NCBI GenBank assembly: GCA_965200315.1
Contig: OZ241362.1
Coordinates: 1,280,001 to 1,344,000, forward strand
Direction: 5' to 3'
DNA: 64,000 bases
Origin: Candidatus Latescibacterota bacterium
Lineage (GTDB): Bacteria > Latescibacterota > UBA2968 > UBA8231
Made by a program: the position numbers and the translations under genes. The notes under the pieces were generated by a model that searched no databases, was not told where the DNA came from, and saw only the letters and a program-made list of their open reading frames with translations. Below are positions 1 to 10,295 of this stretch, one piece after another (within the stretch, counting starts at the first letter, position 1; the number at the start of each line of letters is the position of its first letter).

Positions 1-1940
1 CAGCCGTTGTTGTTCAAATCAATGCCAAAGAGAAACTCGGGCCGATCGACCTCGTAGCGCAGAAAAGGTTCATCGTAGTCCGGGAAGAAGTTTTGCCGCT
101 CGCCGTTGCTGTTTTGGTTGAAATCGGAAAGGAAATCCCCGTTTTCGTCGTACCCGGGAAAAACCGCTGGATCGGCCACGCCGTTGGCCCGGACCCGAAA
201 CGTCTGCCCCGGAATGGGAATCAAACTGCCCTGAAAGCGGCGCAACTGATCGGGGTGCCGGTCGTTGTCGTCGTTGTCATCGACAAAATCGTAGGACTGG
301 ATGATGGCTTCGGGCGAGTAGTCGACCAAGCCGCGGCCATCCACCGGCCGCACGTTGGTGCTGTATCCGTCGTCCATGCCGAAGCCTTCGAGAAAAAAGT
401 GCCAAGGGCCGATACTCCGCGCCAAGTTGACCATGTAGGCCACGTCGTGTTGGTCTCCGACAATGCCGGCAATGGCTTTGTGCTTCTTTAGGGTCGTCGT
501 GGGATACTTGCGATAGCGGGTGCTGATGTTGAACTCTCCATAAAAGTCAAACCCAAACCAATCGCGCATCTCAGCAGTAACGCCGTATATCTGGCTCGCG
601 GTAGGCAACCCGTAGTCAAAGGCCACCTTTTGTTGGTTGAGGCGGTTCTTGATGTTGCCCGCTGCTCGTGCGACCAGTAGAAATTGCGGCTGATCCACCG
701 GATTGGTCTGCCGATCAGACGCCACCTCCACCCGGTAGTCGTTGGCCAGAATGAGCCGGAAGCGCACCTTCTTGATCGCGGTCACCGCATCCTCGGCCTC
801 GGCCAAGCTCATTCCCAAGCTCTGCTGCAATAGCAGGCGCAAGGTCCCAGCTTCGTCATCCCCGTCTTCGACCGCCAGCGGATATTTGAGCGTTATGCTC
901 TCGGACCCGTCGGCCGTGAGGAAGCCGTCGCGCACCTTGCCCCCTTCGCGCAATGGTCGGTAGCCAATGCTGCTGCCGGTGATGACCGTATCCCGCGGCA
1001 CCAACGCCACGCTGTCGCCTGCGGCCACCTCGCGCATCAGGGTCGTGGTGATCTCCACGTCATCGCTGAAGAGCACGGCCCCTCCCTCGCCGTCTTCAGG
1101 CGAATCGTCGGACAGCCTCACCACCAGTAATTCGAGCCGCCGGTCTAACTGGCCCGAGGTCAGCAAGCCCGTAAAGGGGCTCTCTTGAAAGCTCTCCAAG
1201 GCTCCGTTGTTGCTGTGGGAATTGACAAAGGTCGTGCCCAGAGTTAGGTGATCGCCGATATCGGCCTCAAAGCGAAGTGCGGATAGATTCGTCGCGTTTT
1301 CTAGCTGTCGGGTCGGAAAATCCGCGCTAATGTCGATGATCGGCGACGAGATTCGCGAAAACAGCCCGGTCGCCCGCAAGCGCTGGGTAGCCAAACTAGT
1401 CACCACACCATTGAAACCCGTCTTGCGGAAAGTCAGGGGCGTCAGCGTCGTAAAAAGCTCGTCCCCGACTACAATCGAATAGCTGTAGTCGCCACTGGTA
1501 TCCGAGGAGATGATGAGGCGGTTGAACCAGCTTAGGTACTCGCCGCGCTTGGTAACTTGATTGCTGGCACTGGTCAGCGGCTGGGTCTGCCGCCAATCGT
1601 AGATGAGCCAGCCTCGGGTGATCAAATCGCCGTAGGGATCGTAAAAATAGAACCCCTCTTGGCTACGCGACACGTAGCGGAGAAAAGGCTCCCGCGCATA
1701 GTTGGTGTACTGCCACTGGCGGCGGCCGTACTCGGTGAACAACTCCTGCGGCAAGTACCAGCGCTGAATGGTAGGGTCCAGCGCGTCAATGAGCACCGAC
1801 CGGCCCGCGGCTGAGAACACGCGGCGCTCGTCGACCCGGCGGCCGAGGCGATTGCCGTAGTCTATCTGGGCACCAACCTCAAGGGCACACACAACCACTG
1901 CACCCAAGAGCAACGCGTACTTAGCCTGCAGCGCACCCAT
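1..1940 (-). CDS. Large secreted/outer-membrane hypothetical protein, paralog of 1940-4723; 3' end runs off the window (missing from ORF track)
   Basis: ATG at 1940 overlaps the upstream stop (TAATG). My manual translation MGALQAKYALLLGAVVVCALEVGAQIDYGNRLGRR...LDPTIQRWYLPQELFTEYGRRQWQYTNY...FPDYDEPFLRYEVDRPEFLFGIDLNNNG stays open to the edge and is colinear with the 927-aa protein. Confidence 0.85.
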   Translation of the reverse strand, partial: MGALQAKYALLLGAVVVCALEVGAQIDYGNRLGRRVDERRVFSAAGRSVLIDALDPTIQRWYLPQELFTEYGRRQWQYTNYAREPFLRYVSRSQEGFYFYDPYGDLITRGWLIYDWRQTQPLTSASNQVTKRGEYLSWFNRLIISSDTSGDYSYSIVVGDELFTTLTPLTFRKTGFNGVVTSLATQRLRATGLFSRISSPIIDISADFPTRQLENATNLSALRFEADIGDHLTLGTTFVNSHSNNGALESFQESPFTGLLTSGQLDRRLELLVVRLSDDSPEDGEGGAVLFSDDVEITTTLMREVAAGDSVALVPRDTVITGSSIGYRPLREGGKVRDGFLTADGSESITLKYPLAVEDGDDEAGTLRLLLQQSLGMSLAEAEDAVTAIKKVRFRLILANDYRVEVASDRQTNPVDQPQFLLVARAAGNIKNRLNQQKVAFDYGLPTASQIYGVTAEMRDWFGFDFYGEFNISTRYRKYPTTTLKKHKAIAGIVGDQHDVAYMVNLARSIGPWHFFLEGFGMDDGYSTNVRPVDGRGLVDYSPEAIIQSYDFVDDNDDNDRHPDQLRRFQGSLIPIPGQTFRVRANGVADPAVFPGYDENGDFLSDFNQNSNGERQNFFPDYDEPFLRYEVDRPEFLFGIDLNNNG

Positions 1941-4723
1941 TACTGAATTCCGGCGTACACGGTGATGAAGCTAGTCGTCGAATTGCTGCTCTCGCTGCCC
2001 TTGGCAAAGCCGCTGTCGTCCTCTAGCACCAGTTCGGTCTGGGTGCGCCCGTAGCGCAGACCAATCTGCGTCGTCAGGCGATACCCCATGTAATCCGAGG
2101 AATTGGATAGCTGCACCGCTACGTTTACACTGCTCAAGTCGCCCGTTTCCATAGTGATGCCTTTGGCGACCATTTCATCCTCATCGCTCATCAAATCCCT
2201 CAGCAGCTGCTGCTCTACCCCCCCCATCAGCACAGTGTGCTTCAGCATCGGCAGCCGGGCCAGCAGCACAAAGCTGCCGGTCCACTCCTTGCGCTCATCC
2301 TCTTGGACCAAAAACGGCGTACGCCGCAAGTATTCGCTCTTGAACTTGGGCTGCAGGCTGAAGCGGCCTACATCGTAGGTGTAGTCGAATTTGTTGATCA
2401 AGCCGAAGAAGCTCGTGTTGGCCCGCAGGCGGCGCCCGTCTATATCGCGTGGGTCGTTTTGGTTTTGGCGATAGAATTCGTACTTGAACTTGTTGATGAT
2501 GTTGAGCCGGTCGATGCCCGCGTAGTCGAACCCGAGAAACAGCGCATTGACCCAAGTGTCTTGGGCTGGCAGAATGTCCGGGACGAGGGGCTGGATGGCC
2601 GGGGCATCGACATAAGGCGTGGGGGCGCGCCGGTCGTCGGGGATGGTATCGGCGACCTTTTTCAGCGCGTCAAAAACCTGCAAGCGGCCTACGCCGGGCA
2701 CGTCGCGGTCAAAGGTAAAGAGCGCGTACTGGACGCGGCTCGAGCGATCGGCCGAAATCATCTGCTCGTCCGCCTGCCCCAAGGTCAACCGCGTCCCTGG
2801 TACGAGCTCGGCCCCGGCGAACACATTGTAGCCTTGCCGGTCGGTCTTGTAGGGGTAATCCGGCAAGTCGTCGTCTTCAAAGCGGTCGATCCAATCGTTG
2901 TTGTTCAGATCGATGCCAAAGAGGAATTCGGGCCGATCAACCGCATAGCGCAAAAAAGGCTCGTCATAGTCGGGAATGAAGTTGTTGACCGTGCCATTGT
3001 CGTTTTGGTTGAAATCCGAGATAAAATCGTTGTTCTCGTCCCACCCGGGAAAGATGAGCCGGTCGTTGGCCGAACCCGCGCGGATCCAGTCGGGATATTG
3101 GTCTTGATCGTCGTTATCCTCGACGAACTCGTAGAAGTTGCGCTGGGAATTGTCGTATTGAATGTCGCCATTGGTATCTACCAAAAAAGCTGTGGTCGAA
3201 TACGCGTCGTCCATCGCATAGACCTCGCCGAAGAAGAACCACGGATGGAACTGACGGGAGAGGTTAAAAAACCAAGCGTCGGACTGCTCGGTGGAAATTT
3301 TGTGGTTCTTGCCCGCCGTAAACAGCGCGGCGTTGGGATACTGATAGTAGCGCTTGTTACGGTCCCACTCTCCGTAGAAGTCAACCCCCCACAGCCCCTT
3401 ACCCTCCACTGTAAATCCACCCACTAGGTTGCCCGTCGGCAGGCCGTAGTCAAATTTGACGAGCTGGAGATTGGAAATGTCCTTCACGTTGCCTTCGGCT
3501 CGCCGCAGGGTAATCAGCGCTGGCTCGGTGGCGTCTATGGTTTCCGCACTCAGGGGCGCAGAAGGCATGGCGCGGCGGCCCGTCTGCCGGTCAGACCACA
3601 TCTCCACCTTGAAGTCATTGCCCAAGACATATTCAAATTCCACGGCCACGATCGAGGTGGGGTCTGGGCCGATGTACGCCGGGTCGTTGAAGTCGTAATT
3701 AAGCACGATGCGCTCGTACCCGTCGGCGGCCGTGTACCCTTGGCGCTCAAAACCGCCGAATTTAATCGGCCACTCCGCGCCGGCACGGACGACCTCTTCC
3801 GCCTCGAAAACCTGCTCTTTGTTCGTCTCGAAGTCGCGGCTGATGATGCGCACCTTGTCGCGGAACAAAGCTGCGCCTCCCTCGCCATCCTCGGGCGTGT
3901 CGTCGCTGAGAATGATGGCAATGGCCGTCAGCGGGGTGCTGCTCTGGCCGGAAGTGAGGCTGCCAGCGATCAAATCGCCGCTGAACAGGTCGAGCGTGGT
4001 ATTGGTATTGCGGGCATCAACTACGGTCGCGCCCACCTCAATGAAGTCGCCGATCTGGACCGTGCCGCGGCCGCCGAACATGGTAGTGGTATTGGTGCGG
4101 GTTTCCGGCTCTCTGGTCTCGCCCAAGATCGGGTCGCTGATCCGCGAGGCGAGGATCGTGCCGGCGTATTTGTCGGCCATGAAGTCGATCTGGACGCCAT
4201 TGTAACGGGGTCTAGAGAAGGTCATGGGCGTGAGGGTCGTGCGTAGCAGATTGCCCACTGTAATGGAATAGTAGTATTGGCTCTGCGAGTCGCCGCCAAT
4301 GGTGACCCCGTTGAACCAAGAGTCGAAGCGGGCGTTTTGGAAGATGCTGCTGCCGAGCTGCCCGGGCTGATTTTGGCTCCAGTCGTAGATCAGCCAGCCG
4401 CGGCCGATGAAGTTGCCGTAGAAGTCGTAGAAGTAATCGCCTTCGCGGTGGATGTTGACGTAGCGCCTAAACTCATCCTTAGCGTAGTTGGAGTATTCCC
4501 ACTGCCGCCAGCCGTATTCATTAAAAAGCTCTTGGGGAATGTACCATTTCTTGACTGCTGGATCGAGCGCGCCAAACAGGACCCCGGGGCCGCGCGGCTC
4601 AAAGCTGACTGCCCCGCCGCGCTGGCGACCCAAGCGGTTGCCGTACTCTTGGGCTTCAGCCGTTCCGACCGCCAGCACCAACGCGGCCCAACCAATCAGC
4701 CCCCACATTCTAAACACTTGCAA
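1940..4723 (-). CDS. 927-aa secreted hypothetical protein, probable outer-membrane beta-barrel with acidic Ca-binding-like loops
   Basis: Signal peptide (..GTAEA|QEY); alternating-pattern beta-strand-like segments; C-terminus FITVYAGIQ; DNDDQD, DENNDF and DLNNNDWID motifs. Confidence 0.75.
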   Translation of the reverse strand: MQVFRMWGLIGWAALVLAVGTAEAQEYGNRLGRQRGGAVSFEPRGPGVLFGALDPAVKKWYIPQELFNEYGWRQWEYSNYAKDEFRRYVNIHREGDYFYDFYGNFIGRGWLIYDWSQNQPGQLGSSIFQNARFDSWFNGVTIGGDSQSQYYYSITVGNLLRTTLTPMTFSRPRYNGVQIDFMADKYAGTILASRISDPILGETREPETRTNTTTMFGGRGTVQIGDFIEVGATVVDARNTNTTLDLFSGDLIAGSLTSGQSSTPLTAIAIILSDDTPEDGEGGAALFRDKVRIISRDFETNKEQVFEAEEVVRAGAEWPIKFGGFERQGYTAADGYERIVLNYDFNDPAYIGPDPTSIVAVEFEYVLGNDFKVEMWSDRQTGRRAMPSAPLSAETIDATEPALITLRRAEGNVKDISNLQLVKFDYGLPTGNLVGGFTVEGKGLWGVDFYGEWDRNKRYYQYPNAALFTAGKNHKISTEQSDAWFFNLSRQFHPWFFFGEVYAMDDAYSTTAFLVDTNGDIQYDNSQRNFYEFVEDNDDQDQYPDWIRAGSANDRLIFPGWDENNDFISDFNQNDNGTVNNFIPDYDEPFLRYAVDRPEFLFGIDLNNNDWIDRFEDDDLPDYPYKTDRQGYNVFAGAELVPGTRLTLGQADEQMISADRSSRVQYALFTFDRDVPGVGRLQVFDALKKVADTIPDDRRAPTPYVDAPAIQPLVPDILPAQDTWVNALFLGFDYAGIDRLNIINKFKYEFYRQNQNDPRDIDGRRLRANTSFFGLINKFDYTYDVGRFSLQPKFKSEYLRRTPFLVQEDERKEWTGSFVLLARLPMLKHTVLMGGVEQQLLRDLMSDEDEMVAKGITMETGDLSSVNVAVQLSNSSDYMGYRLTTQIGLRYGRTQTELVLEDDSGFAKGSESSNSTTSFITVYAGIQ

Positions 4724-4752
4724 ATCATCTCTCCCTAAAATTTGTTGAGCAA

Positions 4753-7008
4753 TTAGTACGCCACCCCAACAACCCCGATTTCCCTCACTTGGCCCGTACC
4801 TGCTTGCAGGGAGACGCTAAAAGCATAGTGCCCCGGTGGCACGTACACGCCGTCGTCGTCCCGCCCATCCCAAGGCTGGGCAAAGCGGCCGCTGATGGCC
4901 TCGCTATCGACTAAGGCCCGGACCAGGCGGCCGGACAGATCGAAAATCGAGACTTCCACCGGCGAGGGCCGCGCGATATTGGTGATGTCGTACTGGATGA
5001 GAACGCGGTCGTTGGCCCCGTCGCCGTTGGGCGTAAATACGGGCGAATTCACGGCCACATTGGCCAAGAGTTCTTTGCTGATGGGCACGGCCACCGAAAG
5101 GTTTTCATCTATCGGCGTACCCACCGGCTGGAGGTCGGAGTCGGCAAAGCCAGACAGGCTCAAGTCGGCCGCATTGCCGGCCACAACGCCCTGCCCGATG
5201 GTCGTTTCGACCGAGCGGTTGAAGGCGCGGCCAACAAAGGTCGTGCCAAAGCGCAGCACCCCATTGTCAAACTCCACCTCCAAGACCGTCCCGTCCTCTT
5301 CTATGAGCGGAAAAGAAATGACAAAGCGGTCATCGTGTACTTCATCGATAGAGATGCTATTGCTGGCTTGGGGCAAATTTGCCAACGACGCGCCGGAAAA
5401 ATCCGCCTCTTGCACCGCGCCGCCGGGCCGCTGGATCCGCACGCGCCCGATGGCCTCGACGCGCAAAGGGGTCTCTATCTCAAAGGCGTCAAACCCGCGC
5501 TGCTGACCAGAGGACTTGTTGAGTACCGCGTACAGAAACCGAGTGTTCTTCCCCACGGCCGCCGAGCGCGGCGAGATCTCGGCAATCAACTCTTGGGCAA
5601 AGGGCGGCGAAATCACGTCAAAAGCCAAGCCGCCAACAACGGCTGCGGACTCAAAGTCGTCGCTAAAAAAATCAATGGAAAACTGGAAGTAGCGCCGGGG
5701 GCCAGGCGAGGTAATGGGGACGCCAGCACCGTCTATTGAGATCTGGTCTTGGCCGACGATGCCGGCCGCCAAATAGGGAGGTGACCAGCCGCTCCAGTTG
5801 TTGACATCGTCGCGGATACCCCCTTTGTCCTCGCCCCGCAGCGCGCTGTAACCGGCCTCGTCGAGGGTGACGAGAGCTTGCTGGTCCAGCGGCAAATCCT
5901 TGAACACCCCAAGTGCCTCGCGCACATCTACTTCGTCGTTGTCCAGCACGTCTTCGACCAAGGTTTTTAGAGCCTCATCGTCTACATCCTCGGCCCTCTT
6001 CCACGGCACCTCCACATTGGCCGTCGAGGTGCCGGACCGATTGCCGGCTTGGGCACCGCCGCCCACGCGGAAGATGCGCTCGCCCGGGCGGACCTTGTTG
6101 AATTCGACCGGGTTGGAATCCACGCCCGTGCGTGTGCGAATCTGCAAGCTAGACAGGTTTGCGTCGCCTTCCGCGTCTTGGATCCAACGCAAATTGCCGA
6201 ACAGGGCCAAGTCGCCAAAGTCGAAAATGTTGGACACATAGCTCGCTTCGGGCACAAAGCCCGTGCCGAAAATCTGGAACTCGGCCATGTCGAAACCGGC
6301 CGCAGTCAGAACCTTCAGCCGCACGAACCGCACGTATTGCGGCGGGATGCGCACGTCCACCACGGATAAGTCGTTTTGGGTCTCGACCGCGACAGTTTGC
6401 AAAATCGGTACGCCTTCAAAGGAGTTTTCCGGCGTACCGTCATTGATAAAAATCTCATATCCCCGCAAAAATTCGTTTTGGAAGGGAAATTCTACCGAGG
6501 GAAAACCTGGGTCGCCGTTGCGCGGAAAGAATTTGAAGCGGTTGAGGCCAAAGCGAGCGCCGAGATCCAAGTCGATGATCAGTCCCAGTACTCGGGCGCT
6601 TTGGGTGCCCCCAGAAGCGCGCATGTCCAAAGCCGTGTCGCCATCGTCGTCGATCAAATTGGCCAAAGCCGCGCTAATGGAGCGATTGTTCGGCGACTCA
6701 ATGCTGCCGCCGCGCAACGGCGAGTTAATGCCGACCGCTATGTTGCGGGTGGTATCGGCGCGCTGGGGCGCGATGAAGTGGGGCCGGTTCTCGGGATCAA
6801 AGTCGATAACGCCTCCAGGGGCGTTGGTTTTTTCGATCGCCGTCGCGCTGCGGATGACCACGGCTGGGAGATCGCCTCCACCGCTTTCCCAACTCAAGCC
6901 CTCTTCACCGCCAATGATTAAGACTTCCGCAACCGCTAATTTTCCCATCGCGAAAGCGGCGAGCAAGACGCCGCCTACGAAGCAAGCAAATCGAGAAGCT
7001 GTTCGCAT
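4753..7008 (-). CDS. Secreted protein with discoidin-like region and C-terminal FlgD-Ig/T9SS type B-like domain
   Basis: Signal peptide; IDLDLGARFGLNRFKFFPR; C-terminal VFTPNGDGAND...IFDLSGRLVR...WDGRDDDG..VPPGHY. Confidence 0.8.
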   Translation of the reverse strand: MRTASRFACFVGGVLLAAFAMGKLAVAEVLIIGGEEGLSWESGGGDLPAVVIRSATAIEKTNAPGGVIDFDPENRPHFIAPQRADTTRNIAVGINSPLRGGSIESPNNRSISAALANLIDDDGDTALDMRASGGTQSARVLGLIIDLDLGARFGLNRFKFFPRNGDPGFPSVEFPFQNEFLRGYEIFINDGTPENSFEGVPILQTVAVETQNDLSVVDVRIPPQYVRFVRLKVLTAAGFDMAEFQIFGTGFVPEASYVSNIFDFGDLALFGNLRWIQDAEGDANLSSLQIRTRTGVDSNPVEFNKVRPGERIFRVGGGAQAGNRSGTSTANVEVPWKRAEDVDDEALKTLVEDVLDNDEVDVREALGVFKDLPLDQQALVTLDEAGYSALRGEDKGGIRDDVNNWSGWSPPYLAAGIVGQDQISIDGAGVPITSPGPRRYFQFSIDFFSDDFESAAVVGGLAFDVISPPFAQELIAEISPRSAAVGKNTRFLYAVLNKSSGQQRGFDAFEIETPLRVEAIGRVRIQRPGGAVQEADFSGASLANLPQASNSISIDEVHDDRFVISFPLIEEDGTVLEVEFDNGVLRFGTTFVGRAFNRSVETTIGQGVVAGNAADLSLSGFADSDLQPVGTPIDENLSVAVPISKELLANVAVNSPVFTPNGDGANDRVLIQYDITNIARPSPVEVSIFDLSGRLVRALVDSEAISGRFAQPWDGRDDDGVYVPPGHYAFSVSLQAGTGQVREIGVVGVAY

Positions 7009-7148
7009 AAACCAACTCTAATAGGGTAGTGAACGTAGAGCATTCCACAGCACTAACGCCCGCTGCATTGTTGCCCAAAAATCCGTCAAATCCTACATTA
7101 ACTGCCCGTTAAATAAGCGAATAGTACCCACTAGAGCAAGAATTTTCA

Positions 7149-8840
7149 ATGACCGCGACCCAGCCTTTTATCCGCCCGTTCCTGTGTCTCGCAGCCCTTT
7201 TCCTCGCGTCCTGCACCAGCCAACCCGACCAGCCCGAAGCGCGCGATGTCGTCTTGGCGACCGTAGCCGGCAGCCCCATCACCCTCGCCGCCTTCACCGA
7301 GTTTAGCGCACTCATCCCAGCGGGCATGAAAAAGGGCGATACCCCGCTCGCCAAGAACCGCCAAGTCCTCAACAGCTTGATCGACAAGCGACTTTTGCTC
7401 ACCGAGGCCGAGGCCCTTCAGCTAGCCGCCGACCCCGCGCTCCAAGCCGAGCTGGCCTTTTTCACCCAAAACCTCTTGCTCGACTTGTACACCCATCGCG
7501 AAATTTCCCAAAAGATTGCAGTGTCAGACGAAGAGCTGGAAGCGCACTATCGCGCCACGCACCGCGACCGCGCCCTCCGCTTTAGCGGCATCATGCTAGA
7601 GACCCGCGAAGAAGCCGAGGAAGTTTTGCAGGCCGTGGCCGACGGGGCCCAGTTCATGGAGCTGGCCAAGGGGCGTTCTCTGCACCGCGACAGCGGCGAG
7701 CAGGGCGGCGACGTGGGGGGCTACAAGCTCAAGGACAAGGTCCTGCCGGCCATTGCCGAAGCGATCTTCCCCCTCGCCGTGGGCGAGGTATCCGAACCCA
7801 TTCGCTTCCAGTTTGCCGGCAAGCCCCACTACACGGTCTTTCAGGTCACCGATGAGATGCCGCTGCCCCTTGCCGCTTCCGAGCACAAGGTGCGGGAGGA
7901 AGTTTTTGGCCGCAAGCGGGCCGCCCGCTACCAAGCCCTCCTCGACTCGCTCAAAGGGGCGTACGGCCCCGAGCTACGCCCCGAGCCGATCCGCGCCCTC
8001 AACCAGCACAGCCGGCAGGCCGAAGGCGATCTGTACGCCCTGCCGGCCGCAGTGCGCGACGAGCCGCTCGTCTCCTTTCGCGGCGGCCAAATCAGTGGCC
8101 ACGAGTTCATGCAGATGGCGCGGCAAATGCGCGCCGGCCGGCCGGAACTGGCCGACTCCGCTCGCGTCGTCTTTCTCCTCGAAACCGCGATCATTCCGGC
8201 CTTCCTCTTTGCCGCCGAGGCCCGGGGCCACGGCCTAGAACAAGACCCCCACCTCCAGCAGCGCGTCCGCGACAAGCGAGACGACCTGCTCCTCAACGCC
8301 CTGCGGCAGCGCTACGTCGATCAGCACATCACAGCCACCCCAGAAGAAGCCCGCGCCTTCTACGACAGGCACCCGGAAAAATTCACCGCGCCGCTGACGA
8401 CCGAAGTGGTAGAAATTCTCGCGTCTTCCGACTCGTTGGCCCAGCGGCTCAAGCGCACACTCCTCGCCGGGGCCGACCCCGCGCCTTTGGCTCGCGCCCA
8501 CACCCTCCGCCCCGGGGCCGACCACCACGACGGGCACCTGACCCTCAGCCCCTACACCAAGGCGTACTATCAGGGCATCTACGACTTGGCGCATTCTCTG
8601 CCCGTCGGCCAAGTCGGCGGCCCCGTGCAGGTGCAGGGTGGATACTCGGTCTTCAAGGTCCTCGACCGCCATCAGAAAAAGCATCCCTACGACGCCACAT
8701 CCCGTCGCCGCGCCACGGCTTACATCAAGATCGACAAGTCCAAGCGCGGCTACGTGCGCTATGTGCGCGGCCTGCGCGAGCAGCACCCGGTTGAGGAGTT
8801 TGCAGACGCAATAGAACGCGCCCTCGGCGCACCTAATTGA
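7149..8840 (+). CDS. PpiC-type peptidyl-prolyl isomerase lipoprotein (SurA/PrsA-like, two rotamase-like domains)
   Basis: Lipobox FLASC; LNSLIDKRLLL SurA-N-like helix; FMELAKGRSLHRDSGEQGGDVG; second GQVGGPVQVQGGYSVFKV. Confidence 0.8.
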   Translation: MTATQPFIRPFLCLAALFLASCTSQPDQPEARDVVLATVAGSPITLAAFTEFSALIPAGMKKGDTPLAKNRQVLNSLIDKRLLLTEAEALQLAADPALQAELAFFTQNLLLDLYTHREISQKIAVSDEELEAHYRATHRDRALRFSGIMLETREEAEEVLQAVADGAQFMELAKGRSLHRDSGEQGGDVGGYKLKDKVLPAIAEAIFPLAVGEVSEPIRFQFAGKPHYTVFQVTDEMPLPLAASEHKVREEVFGRKRAARYQALLDSLKGAYGPELRPEPIRALNQHSRQAEGDLYALPAAVRDEPLVSFRGGQISGHEFMQMARQMRAGRPELADSARVVFLLETAIIPAFLFAAEARGHGLEQDPHLQQRVRDKRDDLLLNALRQRYVDQHITATPEEARAFYDRHPEKFTAPLTTEVVEILASSDSLAQRLKRTLLAGADPAPLARAHTLRPGADHHDGHLTLSPYTKAYYQGIYDLAHSLPVGQVGGPVQVQGGYSVFKVLDRHQKKHPYDATSRRRATAYIKIDKSKRGYVRYVRGLREQHPVEEFADAIERALGAPN

Positions 8841-10291
8841 AATTGCGCTGGGCCGTGCTCCTGCTCTTGTTGCTCGCTTGGGGCTGCGCCCGCGACGACC
8901 TCCTTCTCGCCGAGGGCCAGCAGCACTTCTACAATCGAGAGTACCAAGCCGCGATTGAGGTCTTGCAGCGAGCCGTACAACGCCCGTCTCCATCGCGAGT
9001 CGCCTATCGCTATCTAGGACGTTGCTACCTCCAAGTCGGTCAGTACGAACAAGCGCGGAAAACAGTGCGCACCGGCCTAGCCCTATCCCCCAACGACCCG
9101 GAACTCTACGACCTGCTCGGTGCCATTGAGATGACCCGCGCATTCGCCGAGGCCCGCTACAGCGATACCGACGCGGCCCTGCACGCCTTCCAACGGGCCA
9201 TTGAACTCGACCCGCATCGCGCCACCACCCACTACAACCTCGGCCTCGTGTATAGCTACCGCGACAGCGCACACCGCGCCGAGCGCACGTATCTGGCCGC
9301 CTTGCGGGTGGATTCCACACTCGCGCCAGCCCACAAGAAGCTGGGCCTGTACTACCGACGACAAGGTGCTTTAGAACAAGCCCTAAGTCACCTACAACGC
9401 GCCGTGCAGTACGCGCCAGAAGACGCCGAAGCGCATTTCCACCGCGGCTTGCTGCTCCGCGCTCAAGGGCACTACGACCAAGCCGTAGAGGCCCTAGAGC
9501 GGGCCGCCGCGCTCAACCCCTATTCGCCCCAAGTCCACTTCAATCTGTCCCAACTCTATTTGCGCACCGGGCAGCGCGAACAGGGAAAAAGAGCCTTGGC
9601 GCGCTCGGAAATCCTCCGTCAGCACCACCGGGGCATCGGCTCGGAGCAATCCCCGCCCGAGGTGGGCGCGGTGGCCATCGGCTCGGCCACGGCCCGCTAC
9701 AACCTCGCCCTGCATCTCGCCCTGCAAGGCCATTACGACCAAGCCATCCTCGAATATCAAAACGCCCTCGCCATCAACCCGGAACTAAAAGACGCGCACA
9801 GCAGCCTAGGCGTCCTCTTCACCTATCAGGGCGATCTAGTCGCCGCAGCCGCGAGCTTTCGCCAAGCCCTCGCCCTCGACAAAGAAGACCCGCTCAGCCA
9901 CGCTCGGCTGGGAATGACTCTCCTCAAGCAGCAACTCTATGAGGAGGCTCGGGCCAGCCTTTGGCGCGCCGCCGCACTCGACTCTAGCTTGCACGAGGCC
10001 GCCTACGGACTCGGCTTGGCCGCGGCTCGCACGGGCGATTTGGCCGCGGCTATCGTCCACTTTGACGAGGCGGCCCGGCTCAGCCCCACTAGCGCCTCAG
10101 CCCAGTTAAACCTCGGGGTGGCATACGCGAAATTGGACAAATTCGACGAGGCCGCCCGCGCCTATGCCCGTGCCGTCGAGTTGGATCCAGCCAATGACCG
10201 CGCCCATCTCTACCTCAGCGACGCATACCAACAATTGGGACACCTGCAAAAAAGCCGAGCACACCGCGAAAAGGCGCGGCAGCTACCGTAG
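8837..10291 (+). CDS. TPR-repeat lipoprotein
   Basis: LAWGC lipobox-like sequence; many TPR units (HYNLGLVY, AHFHRGLLL, AQLNLGVAY); start overlaps upstream stop. Confidence 0.9.
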   Translation: MKLRWAVLLLLLLAWGCARDDLLLAEGQQHFYNREYQAAIEVLQRAVQRPSPSRVAYRYLGRCYLQVGQYEQARKTVRTGLALSPNDPELYDLLGAIEMTRAFAEARYSDTDAALHAFQRAIELDPHRATTHYNLGLVYSYRDSAHRAERTYLAALRVDSTLAPAHKKLGLYYRRQGALEQALSHLQRAVQYAPEDAEAHFHRGLLLRAQGHYDQAVEALERAAALNPYSPQVHFNLSQLYLRTGQREQGKRALARSEILRQHHRGIGSEQSPPEVGAVAIGSATARYNLALHLALQGHYDQAILEYQNALAINPELKDAHSSLGVLFTYQGDLVAAAASFRQALALDKEDPLSHARLGMTLLKQQLYEEARASLWRAAALDSSLHEAAYGLGLAAARTGDLAAAIVHFDEAARLSPTSASAQLNLGVAYAKLDKFDEAARAYARAVELDPANDRAHLYLSDAYQQLGHLQKSRAHREKARQLP

Positions 10292-10295
10292 TCCC

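Noticed and set aside
2237-3427. Long antisense/shadow ORFs (also 8235-9320, 27958-29001, 37180-38631, 55197-56258)
   Set aside because: They overlap well-supported genes, lack motifs, and are expected in high-GC DNA
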